From a virus (taxonomy: Duplodnaviria > Caudoviricetes), in IMG/VR virus record IMGVR_UViG_2767802057_000001, positions 3,839 through 67,838 of that record: a stretch of DNA of 64,000 nucleotides; one strand, given 5' to 3'. The notes beneath the pieces are model-generated. The model did no database searches, was not told the DNA's origin, and saw only the letters and a list, made by a program, of their open reading frames with translations. Shown piece by piece: positions 62,864 through 64,000 of this stretch (within the stretch, counting starts at the first letter, position 1; every line of letters begins with the position of its first letter). The position numbers and the translations under genes are program-made.

Positions 62864-63142
62864 TCAGGCGGCGGCGCGGGCCGGCTGGCGGCGGCGGGAG
62901 CGCGACCGGTGGGAGACGGCCGGTCCGATGCGGCTCGCCTCGTAGTAGTCAGCGATGTCCTGGGCGCTGACGCGGATGACGCCGCCCTTGCGCTCCTGGC
63001 TGTAGCCGAGGCGTCCGTCGGCGAGGAGCCGCCGGACGGTACGGACACTGCACTTGAGGATCTGGGCGACCTCGCGTAGGTCGTAGAACCGCGGGGCGCC
63101 GTTGTCCGCCGTGAGGGGGGACGGGGACTGGATGATGTTCAC
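62864..63142 (-). CDS. Excisionase-like HTH (HTH_17/MerR type)
   Basis: FYDLREVAQILKCSVRTVRRLLADGRL...IRVSAQDI. Confidence 0.8.
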   Translation of the reverse strand: MNIIQSPSPLTADNGAPRFYDLREVAQILKCSVRTVRRLLADGRLGYSQERKGGVIRVSAQDIADYYEASRIGPAVSHRSRSRRRQPARAAA

Positions 63143-63143
63143 T

Positions 63144-63389
63144 TCACTTCCTTTCTGGAGGGTCGTCGTGGGGGGCGAGGAGCTCGGTCTGGTTCGCTCT
63201 CAGGGCGGCTCTGAGCCGGACGTAGGTCGCGGGCTTCATGCGGGTGCGGGCACCGCGTTCGAGCTTTCGCAGGTAGCTGGCGGTTATGCCGGCCTTGTCT
63301 GCGAGCTGTTGGACTTCCATCCCCGCGTTCATGCGTTTGGTGCAGATAGCCGTCCCGTCCACCTCGAAGGTGGTTGGGGTTTGTGCCAT
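63144..63389 (-). CDS. Cro-like XRE regulator
   Basis: GMEVQQLADKAGITASYLRKLERG; divergent from repressor. Confidence 0.85.
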   Translation of the reverse strand: MAQTPTTFEVDGTAICTKRMNAGMEVQQLADKAGITASYLRKLERGARTRMKPATYVRLRAALRANQTELLAPHDDPPERK

Positions 63390-63395
63390 GCCCAG

Positions 63396-63480
63396 AAGTT
63401 ACCCCTAGATGACCCTCATGTCTAGCCATAGATGACCCTGCGATGCCACTGGTTGCCATGAGTGCGCCCTAGATGGCCAC
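63396..63480. promoter_or_regulatory. Immunity switch: early promoter and three operator-like repeats
   Basis: Minus strand TAGACA-17bp-TAACTT ending 6 bp before cro ATG; TAGATGACCCT at 63406 and 63429, CCCTAGATGGCC at 63467. Confidence 0.7.
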
Positions 63481-63565
63481 TGACCTGCGCAAATACTGGG
63501 TCTCTTTTGGGCCTAAGTCGCCCCCAGTCCTGGCTGGTCCCCTCCAGTCCTGCCAAGATGAGCGC

Positions 63566-64000
63566 ATGCCCGCGAAGACAGATCACGACCTTGAGGCTCT
63601 GGCGAAGCTCGCCAGGCGACGGCGTGCCGATCTCGGCATCGCCATGAACGACGCCAACGCCAAAGCGGCCGGCGTCTCCAAGGGGACCTGGCAGCGCGTC
63701 GAAAAGGGCCAGCCGATCCGCGAGACCAACTACGTGAAGATTGACGGCCTGCTGCAATGGGCCCCCGGTAGCAGCCTTCGAGTACTCGAGGGCGGGGAGC
63801 CTGTACCGGTGGCGGACATGACGGACGCCGAGGCCGCCGGCATCCAGAAGTCGCCGCTCCCGCGGGAGGCCGTCGACGAGGAAGCGCGGGATGTTGTAAA
63901 GCTGGCGCTCATCGCCACGGCGAAGGGGACGACGGTCGAGGAGATCCGTGAGATGAGCGAGCGGGTAGTGCGCGACCTTCGCGAACGGGGCCTGATCTAG
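63566..64000 (+). CDS. Immunity repressor (XRE HTH)
   Basis: RRRRADLG...AGVSKGTWQRVEKG...IDGLLQWAPGS; TAG at 63998-64000. Confidence 0.8.
   Translation: MPAKTDHDLEALAKLARRRRADLGIAMNDANAKAAGVSKGTWQRVEKGQPIRETNYVKIDGLLQWAPGSSLRVLEGGEPVPVADMTDAEAAGIQKSPLPREAVDEEARDVVKLALIATAKGTTVEEIREMSERVVRDLRERGLI

Larger units (their letters stand above)
1..64000. mobile_element. Temperate siphovirus (prophage or phage genome) of Streptomyces type; both ends outside window
   Basis: Ordered terminase-portal-capsid-tail-lysis module plus repressor/Cro/Xis-like and replication genes; ATGA/TGATG translational coupling throughout. Confidence 0.95.

Overview
The whole window is the interior of one high-GC, Streptomyces-type temperate siphovirus, either prophage or phage genome. 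The host is inferred from the WhiB, TraB-like, PASTA and amidase families. Most genes are on the minus strand. Reading from the right end: repressor/Cro/Xis-like immunity region (62.9-64 kb); early region with RecE/RecT-like recombination genes, WhiB, C5 and N4/N6 DNA methyltransferases, a ParB-like protein, replication initiator and helicase-loader-like gene (45.5-62.8 kb); accessory block (31.7-45.4 kb); complete packaging, head and tail module with a -1 frameshifted tail chaperone (10.5-31.6 kb); an opposite-strand sugar epimerase/glycosyltransferase operon (5.6-10.5 kb); and a lysis cassette headed by a papain-like protease and followed by a fibre-like gene (0.6-5.4 kb). No integrase, att site, tRNA or CRISPR array is visible, so both element ends lie outside the window. 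The most striking observation is an apparently intact actinomycete conjugation system inside a complete phage. It comprises a TraB/FtsK-like translocase, a Spd-like membrane protein, a symmetric array of about 12 8-bp repeats directly downstream of traB (clt-like), a promoter/operator with a divergent Kor-like HTH gene, and a Pif-like Nudix pair, but no AICE replication initiator or integrase of its own. Second is a glycosylation operon beside a copy of the motif that also precedes the terminase, portal and lysis genes. All family assignments come from motif recognition by eye; no searches were run. Many start codons were re-called from RBS and overlap evidence and differ from the supplied ORF track.
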